Shown here: positions 11,582 to 23,200 of the stretch, in pieces | Layout of the letters: each line of letters begins with the position of its first letter | Position numbering within the stretch: position 1 is the stretch's first letter | Assembly: GCA_950097015.1 (NCBI GenBank) | Contig: CATNEN010000038.1 | Span: 11,966,001 to 12,030,000 of the forward strand | DNA: 64,000 nt | DNA from: Macrostomum hystrix | Taxonomy: Eukaryota; Animalia; Platyhelminthes | Reading direction: 5' to 3' | The notes under the pieces: generated by a model | The model's input: only the letters and a program-made list of their open reading frames with translations | Databases searched by the model: none | Told to the model about the DNA's origin: nothing | Made by a program: the position numbers and the translations under genes

Positions 11582-12954
11582 AGGCTTGAAAATCGAACTG
11601 CTATTTCGCCTAAAACAGTCTAGCGTAGTTTATTTGCTGACTGCGCGTCACAATGAACATTGACCAGAACATTGAAAGGATAATAAAGTTCTCATTATTA
11701 AGTATAGAATTATACCCCCCTGATTTCGTTTCATTTGGCGAAGCCGAAGCCGTTCGATGCCGTTCCTAGGCCATAGACAACGATTTCAGGGGGGTATTAT
11801 AGTATTTAATCCTAAAGCTTGGCCCGGCTCACGAGATTGCACTACAAAAACTGTTTACAGCAACTGTGACCATAGACTATATGTTTAATCGGCCTAGGAC
11901 TTTAAATCATTTAACGGCCTAGGCCGATTAAATAATAAATAAACAGAAAATTAATAGCCAATAGGCCGGGCCAAGCTGGGGATTAAGTATAAGTTATCAC
12001 CCACTTTTTTTTTATTTTGGCCGGGGAAGCCTCGGCCAAGAAACGATGTCTGAAGACGTTTTCGGCCATAGATAAGTCAAATAAGTGGGTGATAATGTAT
12101 TTATTCCACAGTTGAAGCCAGATAATTGTCACCGGACCAGATAAATGTTTATCTGTCCCGGCCAGATAAATTTCAACGGCCAAATAAATGTATAATCTTT
12201 CCCACTTATTTCGGCTGCCAGGGTGTAAAGGCTCGAGGCGCAAATTTATTGACCGAGGCGAAGCCGAGGCTTGAAAATCGAACTGCTATTTCGCCTAAAA
12301 CAGTCTAGCGTAGTTTATTTGCTGACTGCGCGTCACAATGAACATTGACCAGAACATTGAAAGGATAATAAAGTTCTCATTATTAAGTATAGAATTATAC
12401 CCCCCTGATTTCGTTTCATTTGGCGAAGCCGAAGCCGTTCGATGCCGTTCCTAGGCCATAGACAACGATTTCAGGGGGGTATTATAGTATTTAATCCTAA
12501 AGCTTGGCCCGGCTCACGAGATTGCACTACAAAAACTGTTTACAGCAACTGTGACCATAGACTATATGTTTAATCGGCCTAGGACTTTAAATCATTTAAC
12601 GGCCTAGGCCGATTAAATAATAAATAAACAGAAAATTAATAGCCAATAGGCCGGGCCAAGCTGGGGATTAAGTATAAGTTATCACCCACTTTTTTTTTAT
12701 TTTGGCCGGGGAAGCCTCGGCCAAGAAACGATGTCTGAAGACGTTTTCGGCCATAGATAAGTCAAATAAGTGGGTGATAATGTATTTATTCCACAGTTGA
12801 AGCCAGATAATTGTCACCGGACCAGATAAATGTTTATCTGTCCCGGCCAGATAAATTTCAACGGCCAAATAAATGTATAATCTTTCCCACTTATTTCGGC
12901 TGCCAGGGTGTAAAGGCTCGAGGCGCAAATTTATTGACCGAGGCGAAGCCGAGG
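11582..12954. repeat. Near-perfect 685-bp tandem duplication (11582-12269 / 12267-12954)
   Basis: The same sequence recurs at a 685-bp offset, with AGG microhomology at the junction. Confidence 0.95.
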
Positions 12955-13020
12955 TCAATGAAATTCGCGCCGAGTGCCTTTGCACCCTAGACAGCCGAAA
13001 TAAGTGGGAAAGATGGTATG

Positions 13021-14336
13021 CACAGATTCTATATTACCTAGATTGGTCACTCATCGAATTTGCAATAGAAACGGCGTCCGCCAGCCGTCTGCCGCGAAAA
13101 CCCAGAGTTTTGCCCATAGACAGTTAGACAGATAGAAAATTTATTTGATGGTCTATCGCTCGCTCAAAACTCGCTGGCTGTGAGCTTCTGCTTCGCACGT
13201 TAGCCATGGAGCTGATCATCAACCGTCTTAGTAGCCACGCTTGTTGTGCAGCTGCCTGCTATACTACAGAGGACACTCCAGCTTCAGTGCATGGATTTGC
13301 AATCCATCTACACAAATTTCCAAGCGATGACCAGGTAGCAGTTCGTTGGATAGAGATACTTGAATTACGCGATATTGACTTGAATTTTGTGCGGCAGCGG
13401 AGGTTGAAAGTGTGCAGTCTGCATTTTAAAGAAACCGAGCAGCCCCAGCAGCATCGGGCAGTTTCTGCAGATGGAGACGTTGCAACAGAAATTGCATTCG
13501 ACAATGTGGAGGCTACTGAAGTAATCCCTTACATCGGAGGATGGATTTTTCGGAAGCTGCAAATTTTTGCATGCGACAGCTGTAAGGATCAGTTGGTAAC
13601 AGACGAGTCACCTGCTCGAATCTTCACCCACAAAAACTTTGAAGACTCTCGATACGGCCTTACTCAGCCGTCGAGCGCGTGTGTTGCGATATTCTGCAAG
13701 ATGGAGGAGATTTTTCGTCGAGAAATGTCAACAGCAGCAGCTGCTGATGCCATTGGGGCAAGAATCCTCGGCAGATTTGAGCGATTTAGTGTGCAGCTTC
13801 CATTTTGTATCGAACATCGAGTCGAAAGCAATGCACAAGCGGCAAGGCTTTTTGTGCACATGCGATTGCATCAGTGGTGCCGAGAGAAGATGGAGACTGT
13901 GCGGAAGGAAAGAGATCGCGCTATTGCTAACCGCAAGCTCAAAAAGTTGTGACATGATGCATGGTTAGGGTACTCACTGTGCTTCATTTTTTTACTTATT
14001 TGACACGCTTTCTTGAATCTGTGTTTGCTTGTCATGCTTATCTGTCATGCTTGCCTGTCATACTTGCTTGTTTAATCACCATGTTATCTTTATTTGTTTT
14101 TATTGTTCCGCGCATTCAAGAAATATTCGGCTCAGAAATTACTCGCGTTTTCTCCAATTAAAAGTCATTTCTGAATATTGGCTCGCCTATAGCGTTAAAG
14201 GCAAATAACATATAGTTTCCTAAAAAGATATATTAATGCGGCAGTATTTAACTCGCGTCTGTGGCAAAAACACTGGGTTTTCGATGAACGAACGATTTCT
14301 CTTGGAGTGACCAATCTAGGTAATATAGAATCTGTG
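13021..14336 (+). mobile_element. Internally deleted P-element-superfamily DNA transposon
   Basis: Perfect 32-bp TIRs CACAGATTCTATATTACCTAGATTGGTCACTC (13021-13052, 14305-14336); 8-bp TSD ATGGTATG (13013-13020, 14337-14344); THAP ORF inside. Confidence 0.92.
13206..13952 (+). CDS. THAP domain fused in frame to a P-transposase C-terminal region; no catalytic core (248 aa)
   Basis: C2CH THAP motif CCAAAC..LHKFP..RW..VCSLHF; C-terminal YIGGWIFRKL..CDSC..GLTQPS typical of THAP9/P transposases. Confidence 0.8.
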   Translation: MELIINRLSSHACCAAACYTTEDTPASVHGFAIHLHKFPSDDQVAVRWIEILELRDIDLNFVRQRRLKVCSLHFKETEQPQQHRAVSADGDVATEIAFDNVEATEVIPYIGGWIFRKLQIFACDSCKDQLVTDESPARIFTHKNFEDSRYGLTQPSSACVAIFCKMEEIFRREMSTAAAADAIGARILGRFERFSVQLPFCIEHRVESNAQAARLFVHMRLHQWCREKMETVRKERDRAIANRKLKKL

Positions 14337-14507
14337 ATGGTATGTATCCCCCACTTGGCTGCCGACTTTCATTGCACTTTAAGTCTTCTGTTTCTTGCTA
14401 CGCTCTGTCTGTAGTCTATGGTGAAAATCAAAATCCGAGAGGAGGGTAGACGCTAAAAAAGACAGCCTTTATGCGAAAAAGACAGAACAGGACAGAATAG
14501 CAGACGC

Positions 14508-15077
14508 TTGTATATGTCTAGCCCTCGATTTGAAAGCTTGACTGAGGCCGAGGCGGAGGCCATGATTGGCGGCACGGTCCCTCCGAACACCGTAAAGAAA
14601 TGCGAGTGGATGCTGTCTACTTTCAATGAATGGCACGCGTTTAAGAAGCAAGAATGGGCGACGAATGGTGGACCATCCATCATGGTTATCAAGGACATGG
14701 ATGAGTTTGACAAGACGGACCTGAACTTTCTCCTGAAGTTGTTTATCCTGGAGGTCCGGACAAAACGGAACGAACGGTACTCGGCTGGTACCCTGAAGGA
14801 CTTCTTCTCAATGCTACAATACCAAATGCGCAACGTGCATCGCAAGGACTGGTGCCTCTGGACGAATGTCGAGTTTGCCGAGTGCAGAAGAGCGTTGGAC
14901 GCTGCTATGAAGCTATCAACTGCTGAGGGCAAGGGTGTCGGGCTCAAGAAGTCTGACCCGGTGTCAAAGCCCATCGAAGATGACTGCTGGACGGAGGGTG
15001 TGTTTGGTTCCGAGCGTTCTCGTTTTGCACTTTCTTTGTTTATTTCCCCAGACGGGTGTGACTTATGTCTGTGGTAA
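14508..15077 (+). pseudogene. Crypton-A/ZMYM-QRICH1-type (DUF3504 family) N-terminal remnant; the tyrosine-recombinase catalytic domain is missing
   Basis: Motifs PPNTVKKCEWMLSTFNEW, LNFLLKLFILEVRTKRNERYSAGTL, EFAECRRALDAAMK..G.G.KKSDPVS..EDDCW..GVFG match the region preceding the YR domain of Crypton-derived proteins; homology ends after GVFG. Confidence 0.75.
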
Positions 15078-15813
15078 AAGTTCTGTTTCGCGCGGGGGCG
15101 CGGGAAATAAATGATTTATTGCCCTAGGGCAAATAAACGAAACGCGTTACGACATAGACAATGTTGGCGGGCAAGTGGGGGATACATATACTTATCTGGT
15201 CTATGGGCCAATCCAACTGGGGAATAAATGCATAAAATTAATAGCCAATGTATATATTATTTATCTGGCCTAAGCCAGTTATTTAACGGCCTTGGCCGAT
15301 TAAACGTAAATTCGTCTATGGCTAAACTGCACTGCGCTCCCTTGACCTGCTGAAAACAGTTTAGAACATGTAGTGCAATCTCGTCAGCCGGGCCAAGCTT
15401 TAGGATTAAGCTAGGCAGACATAGTTGTGCGATATATTTTTACACACGAAGACATAGACAATCGCAGATATATATATATTTGCATTAACTTGACTTTCAG
15501 AATGAGGAGAATACAGAAGGAGCCCCAATCACTGCCATCATGGACCGTTTTTATCCATAGACTAAAAACTCGAAGGACTGTTTACACTTTTTTAATAGAG
15601 TGTGAATTATCCAAGCCCGAGTACTGAACATGCACACTTACATATTATATAGTCCCGGCTTGAAAATTGACGACGTCGACGACTCAGCATGACGACGTGA
15701 ATAAAAAATCTGGAAAAAACGAAATAAAGAGGCAAGTGAGAGCTATTGAGATATAGCTTACCCTATTGTCCTCAGCGTTATCAAGCTAGTACCACTGAAG
15801 CAACGATAATAGC

Positions 15814-16170
15814 TGGGGGGTCGGTGGCAGAGCGGTTAACGCGTTTACCCCTCGCACCACGGTCCACATAAGTTTCGATTCCACGGCGAGGCCACATTTA
15901 TTTGGGGCGCAGCCGCGGAGAGAAACCTTGGAGGCTTGTCGTCCAATTTACGCCTTTGAGGGCCGACCTCCAAGGCACAGTGAAAGTGTTCACTGACTGA
16001 CGATGAGAAAGTCAGGGGCAGATGTACACACAGTATATGTGTGCGTGTGTGCTCAGGAGTCAGCGAAATGGGCAGAATTGCCTCCTCGCTGGCTGCGGGT
16101 CTAGTGTCACCGAATGATGTGCTATTGCCCACAGGCCCTGCAATTATTATTATTATTATTATTATTATTA
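15814..16170 (+). mobile_element. tRNA-derived SINE family A, full length
   Basis: A box TGGCAGAGCGG, B box GTTTCGATTCC, (TTA)n tail. Confidence 0.88.
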
Positions 16171-16559
16171 ACCCTAACGGCTACTTGTTGAGTGAATCAC
16201 AGAATCTTGCAGCTAGCTAAATAGGCATTCCATTACTAACAGTCTAAAAAAGTCGTTAGCGTTTTCGCTAGCCAGTCAAAAGGCAGATTTGCAGGGCAGG
16301 GTCTCTGTTCAGCGTTTTTAATCATGCCGCTTAAACAATACATTTCTTACCGTTGCATTTCTGAGTTTTATTTACGTGAAACAAAATTATTGAACCTTTA
16401 AGACTTGCTGGTAATTGAAAATTTTAGCAAAAAATTCACTTCAAAGCGGAGGGAATAAAAGCCTGTACCGACTGCAGAAATAAATTAATATATTTCTGCA
16501 GGCACCACCTTTGTTGCAGATCAGGTAACAGTTAAGCTGCAGCCTCTTGTTAGATTTTT

Positions 16560-17652
16560 ATGAGCGCACAGCTAATTCTTCAAGGCAAAATGGTCGGGTT
16601 GTTCTGCCTCTGCCTAATGCTGCTCGACATTCGGGCAGTGGGGCAGCTGATGCGGTCAGCTACCATCAGCTTCAACGCTAGAGATCTGTCATGCAGTAGT
16701 GTGCGCTTGAGCATCAATTCCAGCAGCTTATCAAACAACATGAAGCTGGTGCGGGGCCTTCCGGACAGGCGCTCGTGTACTGTGGAGTGCGCAGCCGATG
16801 CTCTCTGCAGCGTGGTCCATCATTCTGCCGAGCTGCAGCTCTGCTATTTGGCTGATCGCTGCCAACTGTACCGATGGCTTCAGCACAGCGACATCAACAC
16901 CTCGAGGATTGATGCATCGGAATGAAGCTGTGAGATTCTCGTCGTCTCCAACAGAACTGGCAACGATGATTCCAGGCTGCCGTCATCCTTGTCTGCGGTG
17001 ACTGTCATCGACATGAATTTCCGCAATGTGCAACGATTGTCGGTGTCGATGCAGACTGAGTGCTCAGGCCAGCTAGTTCGATTCTCTGACGCGCAGTCGA
17101 GTGCCAATGGAGTGACCTTGGCGGGCAGCACCGAGTCCTACATCCTGATCGACACGGCCTCACCAGAGCTCACTGACTTTGTGTTCGGTAGTGCTTACGC
17201 ATCGTTTAGCATCTTCTTGAAAGTGACTCGCATGCCTGTTGCACTACATCTGGTGGTCTGACTGCACTGGTTCAGCAACTGGACTAGTGCTCAAGGAGGG
17301 AAGCGATAAGATGCTTCAAATGAAGAATTTCTTGCTAAATGGCTATATATCTTTTTCCATACCGTTACCTCCAAGCGATCAGTCGGTCCATCAAGTTGTC
17401 TCACTAGGTGTTTCGTATTATGGCCTCAGACAGGAAGCGATGATGTACTTTAACGGTTCAATGTCTGCCGGAACACTGGAAAACAAATCTAGCTACACGG
17501 GTGCAGACGGCCACCAGTGCCTGTTTCTCGGCAGAACTCCGGCTTCGTCCACGAAAAGTTTGAACGGCACCATGCACTGCCTGCAGATGTTCAGCAGGGC
17601 GCTCACGGACGCTGAGATGCAGCAGCTGGACAGTCTGTGCACGGTGGACTGA
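16560..17652 (+). pseudogene. Disrupted paralog of the PAN+LamG gene at 19182
   Basis: Colinear with 19182-20291; in-frame TGA at 16923-16925 aligns with Gly in the paralog; frameshifting deletion near 17235. Confidence 0.85.
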
Positions 17653-17870
17653 TTTTCTGTTACATTTGCTGGTCACATTAGAAGAGCTAGTGTCAAGAAA
17701 CACTCAGTTAAAGATTCAAAAACTTATCTCAGTGAAATCTTATGCAAACTAGACGTCTATCAAGTGCCTATTTTTGCGATGCGCAATAAAAAATGATTTT
17801 GTAGATTCTGCTGCAAATAGTTTGCTTTCACAGTAGATCCGAAACGTATTGACGTAGCAAATGCAAAAAA

Positions 17871-17950
17871 TGTTCCAGCGGTGTCGGGAATCGAACCCCT
17901 GACCTTCCTATCGTGACTCCGCCGCTCTAACCACTAGGCTAACCACTAGC
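17871..17950 (-). mobile_element. Isolated tRNA-like head related to SINE family B (pseudo-tRNA)
   Basis: A and B boxes present and similar to 9930-10010; anticodon stem does not pair. Confidence 0.6.
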
Positions 17951-19181
17951 CCCTTAGACTAGAGCCTAGCTCTCATGCAAACAATCCCTCAGTAGACTTC
18001 ATTTCGGAGCGATTAAAGTTCAGCAGACAGCCAAGCAGTAGCAGTTGAGCTCACAGCAACTGTTGGCGCTTTGGTGCTGGTCTGACTCCACGGTCTATCA
18101 TAGCATAATCGGGCTGAATCATACTTTCTTTTAATTTACGACTCAGGAAAGTCGACACACCAAAAATAGCTTTATACGAGGAACCCGTACGAGTAGAACA
18201 TGACATGAGCGTTTGTTATCACCAGAAACAACGCGTCGACTTATAATGTTTTTACGCGCGATTGCAGACAGGATTCTAGTCATTTTGCATTTTCTGGCTG
18301 ATGTACTCAGATTATTTGTGACCTCTAGATTCTAGAAGGTGAGTCTAAAACTATTATCCCATTTCATGCCAATTTATTTGGATACTTGACTGTTTGTAAC
18401 CGCTAACATTATGCACTCTTTTCTATCAGTTTTGTGTCTCATCTTTCTCTTCTGCTTTTAGATTAAAATTTTTTCTATTTCTAAACTGCGCTCAAATACA
18501 ATGCCGACTAATCTATAAAATTGAATGTTCCTACATGCTTCCTACAAGAATTTTTATACATAACTGAAAGTTCAAACGAATTTGTATTGATAATTCCTGT
18601 AAGCCTAATCGTCTACTTTTAGTTTTCCCTGCGGAAATAAGCCTTCTGAGGCTTTTGTTCGATAGTTTTGAGATGAGTGTGCCCTAGCTACGAGTAAGTC
18701 CTTTTCTCTTCTTCTCGCTATGATGGCTACCGTATCCATAGCAACTGAAGGAAGCTACTTCTTTTCCTGCATGAACTCCAGCAAGACAATGGCTCTGCAT
18801 CTCTCACACAATTGTCACACAATTCTCTTCCATTATGATGCTTGAAGTATATTTGTCACACAATGCAGAAGTAAAAATGGAGTTTTTTTGAAAATGATTA
18901 GCTTCGCCTGGATTTGAAAACGCGCTTGACAAGGTTCCATGGTAACTAGTACTCGTAGCGTGCGTTTACAATGCACGCTGGGACATTGTACCTTGACAAA
19001 AACTGCTAAAACTGTCTGTAAAACTATATTATACTAGAGCGATGCTAGGTTTTCTGAATCTGGTGTGCTTGACAAATCTGGACTAGTACTTAGCAGCTTG
19101 CACTTGCCGGACAACGAGAAACTGCCAATACAATTCTCTCTGTGAATCCAGCTTGAATTTTCTACTGCCAAGGCGACAAAC

Positions 19182-20291
19182 ATGAAAGAAGGGAAAATCA
19201 TCACTCGAAATTTAATCCTAGTTAGCCTCGGCTTGCTTCTGCGAGCTCTCGGGACCGCTGGACAGCAGCTGCCAGTTGTAATATCTCGCTTTAACGTCAC
19301 TGTAGTGCCCTGCAGCTCCCTGCAGCTGACAGCTAACTCCAGCAGTTCTCCTAGAGGCGTGCGCGAGATTCTTGGCGTCACGGATAGACGCACCTGCACT
19401 GTGGAATGCGCCAGCAACTCCAGCTGCCGGGCGCTGTACCACTCGACGGTGCAACGGATGTGCCAACTCGCGGATCGTTGCCTGCTGCAGCAGTGGCTGT
19501 ACGGCAAAAACTTCAGCAGCAACAACAGTTCACTGGCTGCCGATGCTGACGGTGACTGCCAGATTTTTATCTCCACCGATCGAGGCGATGCTGCTTCAAT
19601 AATGTCATCGAATCGGTCGGATGTCGCCGTGATCGAAATGAACTTTCGCGATGTTCAGCGACTGTCTGTGTCGTGGCAGTCCGAGTGTTCGGCCCCCCTG
19701 GTTCAATTCTTCAACGCCCAGTCCGGTGTGAGCGGAGTGACTCTGAAGGGCCGCACCGACTCATACGTCCTCATTAATACCTCGTCACCTGAGCTCACCA
19801 ACTTTGTGTTCGGTCGTGCCGAAGCTTCATTCAGTATCTTTATTAAATTGACGCGCATCTTCATGGACAACAATGTGCACTACATGTGGTGGTCTGACTG
19901 CAGTGGCGTTGTCACCAGCCTCGTCCTCAAGGAGTGGTATGGGATGATCAGTTTCGCCTTTAAGAATGTTCTCCTTCAACGCAGCTACGTGTGGACCATT
20001 CCGTCGGTTCCAATTGACCAATCGGCCTACAAGCTCATCTCGATCGGAGTCGCATTCGACGCTGCCAAGCTGGTGGCCAGCATCTACTTTAACGGAACAA
20101 TGTCGGTAGGGAGCCTTCAGTCGAACTCCAGCTTGTCTGGATCTCAGTGGAATCAGTGCCTGTTTCTCGGCAGGACGCCCAATGCAGACACTCGCTGTCT
20201 GAACGGCACCCTGCACTGCCTGCAGATGTTCAACAGGGCGCTGACAGAGATTGAGATGCAGCAGCTGGACACTCTCTGCACAGTGGGCTGA
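19182..20291 (+). CDS. Secreted PAN/apple + LamG (ConA-like/pentraxin-like) domain protein, intronless, 369 aa
   Basis: Hydrophobic signal peptide; CTVECASNSSCRALYH..CQL (PAN); YFNG..LFLGR..LNGTLHCLQMFNRALTEIEMQQL (Laminin_G_3-like). Confidence 0.8.
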   Translation: MKEGKIITRNLILVSLGLLLRALGTAGQQLPVVISRFNVTVVPCSSLQLTANSSSSPRGVREILGVTDRRTCTVECASNSSCRALYHSTVQRMCQLADRCLLQQWLYGKNFSSNNSSLAADADGDCQIFISTDRGDAASIMSSNRSDVAVIEMNFRDVQRLSVSWQSECSAPLVQFFNAQSGVSGVTLKGRTDSYVLINTSSPELTNFVFGRAEASFSIFIKLTRIFMDNNVHYMWWSDCSGVVTSLVLKEWYGMISFAFKNVLLQRSYVWTIPSVPIDQSAYKLISIGVAFDAAKLVASIYFNGTMSVGSLQSNSSLSGSQWNQCLFLGRTPNADTRCLNGTLHCLQMFNRALTEIEMQQLDTLCTVG

Positions 20292-23200
20292 TGTGAAATC
20301 AATTTGATTATTGAGTTATGCTTATTTGACAAACCGCTGACTGTGTATGAATTTTTTCATAAGACGTTGCTTTGCTTTGTCGTTTTTGAATTTTTGACAT
20401 TTTCAAATATTTATCTGAATTGACGCAAGCTATTACTTTCCCCGCGCTTGTGACTTCAATCTATCTTTTTTGTCGCAGCTCCATAAGGCTTTACTATTCG
20501 AGAGTATCTTTACAAAAATGAACTGAAAATATCAGTTCCACTCATCTGGCTAGAGTTGGAGCCAACCTCGCGTGGCTATGACTGACTGACGAGGGCAAAC
20601 AAGCCCGAAAATGATCTCAGTCTGTCCCGCATGCTTTGATCTCCACTTTAAGCCGCTGATACTCGTGTAAAATACTGGCATACAGGTATAAAAATGCACA
20701 TTGCCATTCCTTGCACTGCAGCCCTGGTACCCGAGTCCTGCACGCACTGATAGATAGCAGAACACAGATTGCGTGGCGGGCAACTTGTAGACATTGCTGT
20801 TCGGAGGGCCTTATACACGGAACATGAAATCTCGCATCTTATCCCCTTTATCCAACTTAGATGACTTATAAAATAAGACAATGACGATGCATTAGCCGTC
20901 GCAAAAACACAACCAATCAAGCACTATGTTGCCGTCACGCAATATTGCTCCACTATCGGCCAGAAGAGACACCAGAACGGAATACACAGAGCGTCAGCGG
21001 ACACTTGAATTTTCTGATGTGGCCTATCTAACGAGTAAAGCAGGTCAAACAGTGAAGCTACTCACTGTAGTAGCTACTCACAGTGATACACTGTAGTCTT
21101 TGTAGAAGACTACAAAGACTCAAGAAGCAACAGAACCGATACTTCACGGTCGATCAGCTTAAAGAGAAGAAGAACCGCCGGCTTTCGAAGACCAAAGACT
21201 ACGAACTACCTACTACCAAGGAAGAAGAAGCAACTGCAGTAAGTGTCATGTGACTGCTATAAATTCCTAGGCAATTGTTCACCATTGTCTACAAGTGGGA
21301 GTTTTAGTGTCTGATCAACAAACAAAAATATTCATCAGCATTGTCGAGATATTCAGCGATTCTCATCGAAGATCCCGTTGATAATGACAACAAAATATAG
21401 TCAGCAATGATAGCCGATTTGATTACATTACGAAATTTGGTGAGTAGAAAAATTATGGCTGCATTGGAAGTTTTTTGCCATCAGACAACCCGACTAGAAT
21501 CGTTGAATATCTCGACGATGCCGATGTTTGTGATTCTAGAAGTTGTTTCATCGGATAGCTCAGCTATCGAAGGGTGGCCGCGTATCAACCAGATAAGCCA
21601 TGTCTGTCGTTGAATCGCCGTTCAATTCCTTTAAAGCGGTATCAAAATCTAACATATAGTTAATTTGCACACAAAATACTACTGATTTGAAAGTAGCTTC
21701 ACAAAAATGTTTCGTCTAGATTTATTTTTCTTAGTTTCACCTGAGCGGATTTAGCATGGATTTAGGATAGCTCAGCAGTATTAGCTTCAATTAGCTTCAG
21801 AGCATTACTCAATCCTCGATCTGATTCATACAATTTCGCAAAGCATATTCTACAACCAAGCTTGTTGAGCCTCATACGCTCATACACACAGACAATGGCA
21901 ATAATAAAGTGCATTTATTTTCAACGAAAGCGCACGCTTCAGGGCGAGATGAAAACGGAGTGCAATAGCTGGCTGAGTCCCGTATCGCACTGGCCCAGTT
22001 GTCTGCAGAGGTAGCTGGGGAAGGTTGGGTTTGGTCTTGGAGACGCATTGTCATCAGCCTACCCCTCTGCATCTTGCCCATTCTTCTGTCTCTCGCCCGC
22101 CCCTCCCGCTCCCCGATATCCCGGCCGCACAGTTGTTAAAAGCTCGTCCAATGCCCCAACAGGCGGGGTGGCTGCCGCATATTGGTGAGGACTACGGGCA
22201 ACTGACAGCCGACGGATAGGCTGAGGTAGGGGAGGCTATAACAAAATCAATATAAAAAATAGAGTTTAACTGCCTGCTCAAGCTCTATATCTGGCGCAGC
22301 GGAGAAGCTAAACTCACAGTGAGGATACGGAGGCCGCAAGAGCCTGTTGGAGAGTGAGGACAGCAGCAGTTTTTTGTGAGTTCTTCTAGTTCGTATTCTG
22401 ACGGCTCAAAGCTGCATTCCTGGTCTACCGAGACTCAGCACCTGTTTGTGGTAAATCTTCCCACTGGTGTAATATAAGTACAGGCCTTAGAGCTAAAAAC
22501 ATCGGTAAAGATTCATGATGTTAAAAAATTTAGTAGGCAAATTTGACTTAAAAACAACAGGATCTAGACAATTTTGCTGGTCTAGAAACGATTGTAGCCC
22601 AGATGTTTGATAGTCCAACTTCTGACCAAATTCTGAAGCAAATTGTGTCCTTGAGTCCTTGAGTATAATAAGTGCCTGAATCAGCTCTATGGAATTTGAA
22701 ATTTGTCAAATGGCGTCCTCACCAGTCCAGCTGCGGCTGTGCCAATGTCTGTGTACATCTGCGCCAATTGAGGTTGCTGTGATTGATTTCTATTTTTCTA
22801 CCAATCCACCACCTTGGTTTGAGACTAAAAGGACCTCAGGAAAAGGTTTCACAGCAGACCTACAAATGCAAAGTGCGCAGTCGGAAAAGGAAAATGGAAA
22901 GGATCACTACGAGCTGTCATTGAATCGGTCTGCTGCATGCCTTATCCGACAGAGAAAAGCATCGCATTGAGTGTTACTAAGAAAAAATATCCATTGCAGA
23001 AAATTCAATATGGATTCAATTATATATAGAGGGAAAACAGAAAGGACCTGTGGGACTTCTATCGCCATGTTTTCCGAGGTTGAAAGCGACGCTGATGAGA
23101 ATGCGACGCAATATACATTAGGAGATGTTAGAAGGACAAGATGAATGCCTCCCCCAGTGGGGCGCAATGTCATCTCCATGCTGATATATATTGGTCCTTC

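Larger units (their letters stand above)
11702..15410. mobile_element. Array of GTAT-delimited palindromic cassettes (Crypton-like non-autonomous elements), including one ORF-bearing cassette
   Basis: Inverted arms: 11711-11730/11779-11798; 11806-11828/11965-11986; 11994-12006/12083-12095; 12099-12116/12172-12189; 12880-12902/12992-13014; 14342-14356/15171-15186. GTAT at 11702, 11802, 11987, 12097, 12190 (and at +685 in the duplicate) and 13016. Confidence 0.75.

Noticed and set aside
16060-16145. HDV-like ribozyme in the SINE A 3' end (GCCTCCTCGCTGGC matches HDV P3/L3)
   Set aside because: No upstream P1 strand, no GG for P1.1 and no J4/2-P2 closure; the region folds as an ordinary stem-loop
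16923-16925. Selenocysteine or readthrough TGA
   Set aside because: Aligns to Gly rather than Cys in the paralog, and a frameshift follows downstream
17871-17950. Functional tRNA gene
   Set aside because: The anticodon stem does not pair; the sequence matches the SINE B head
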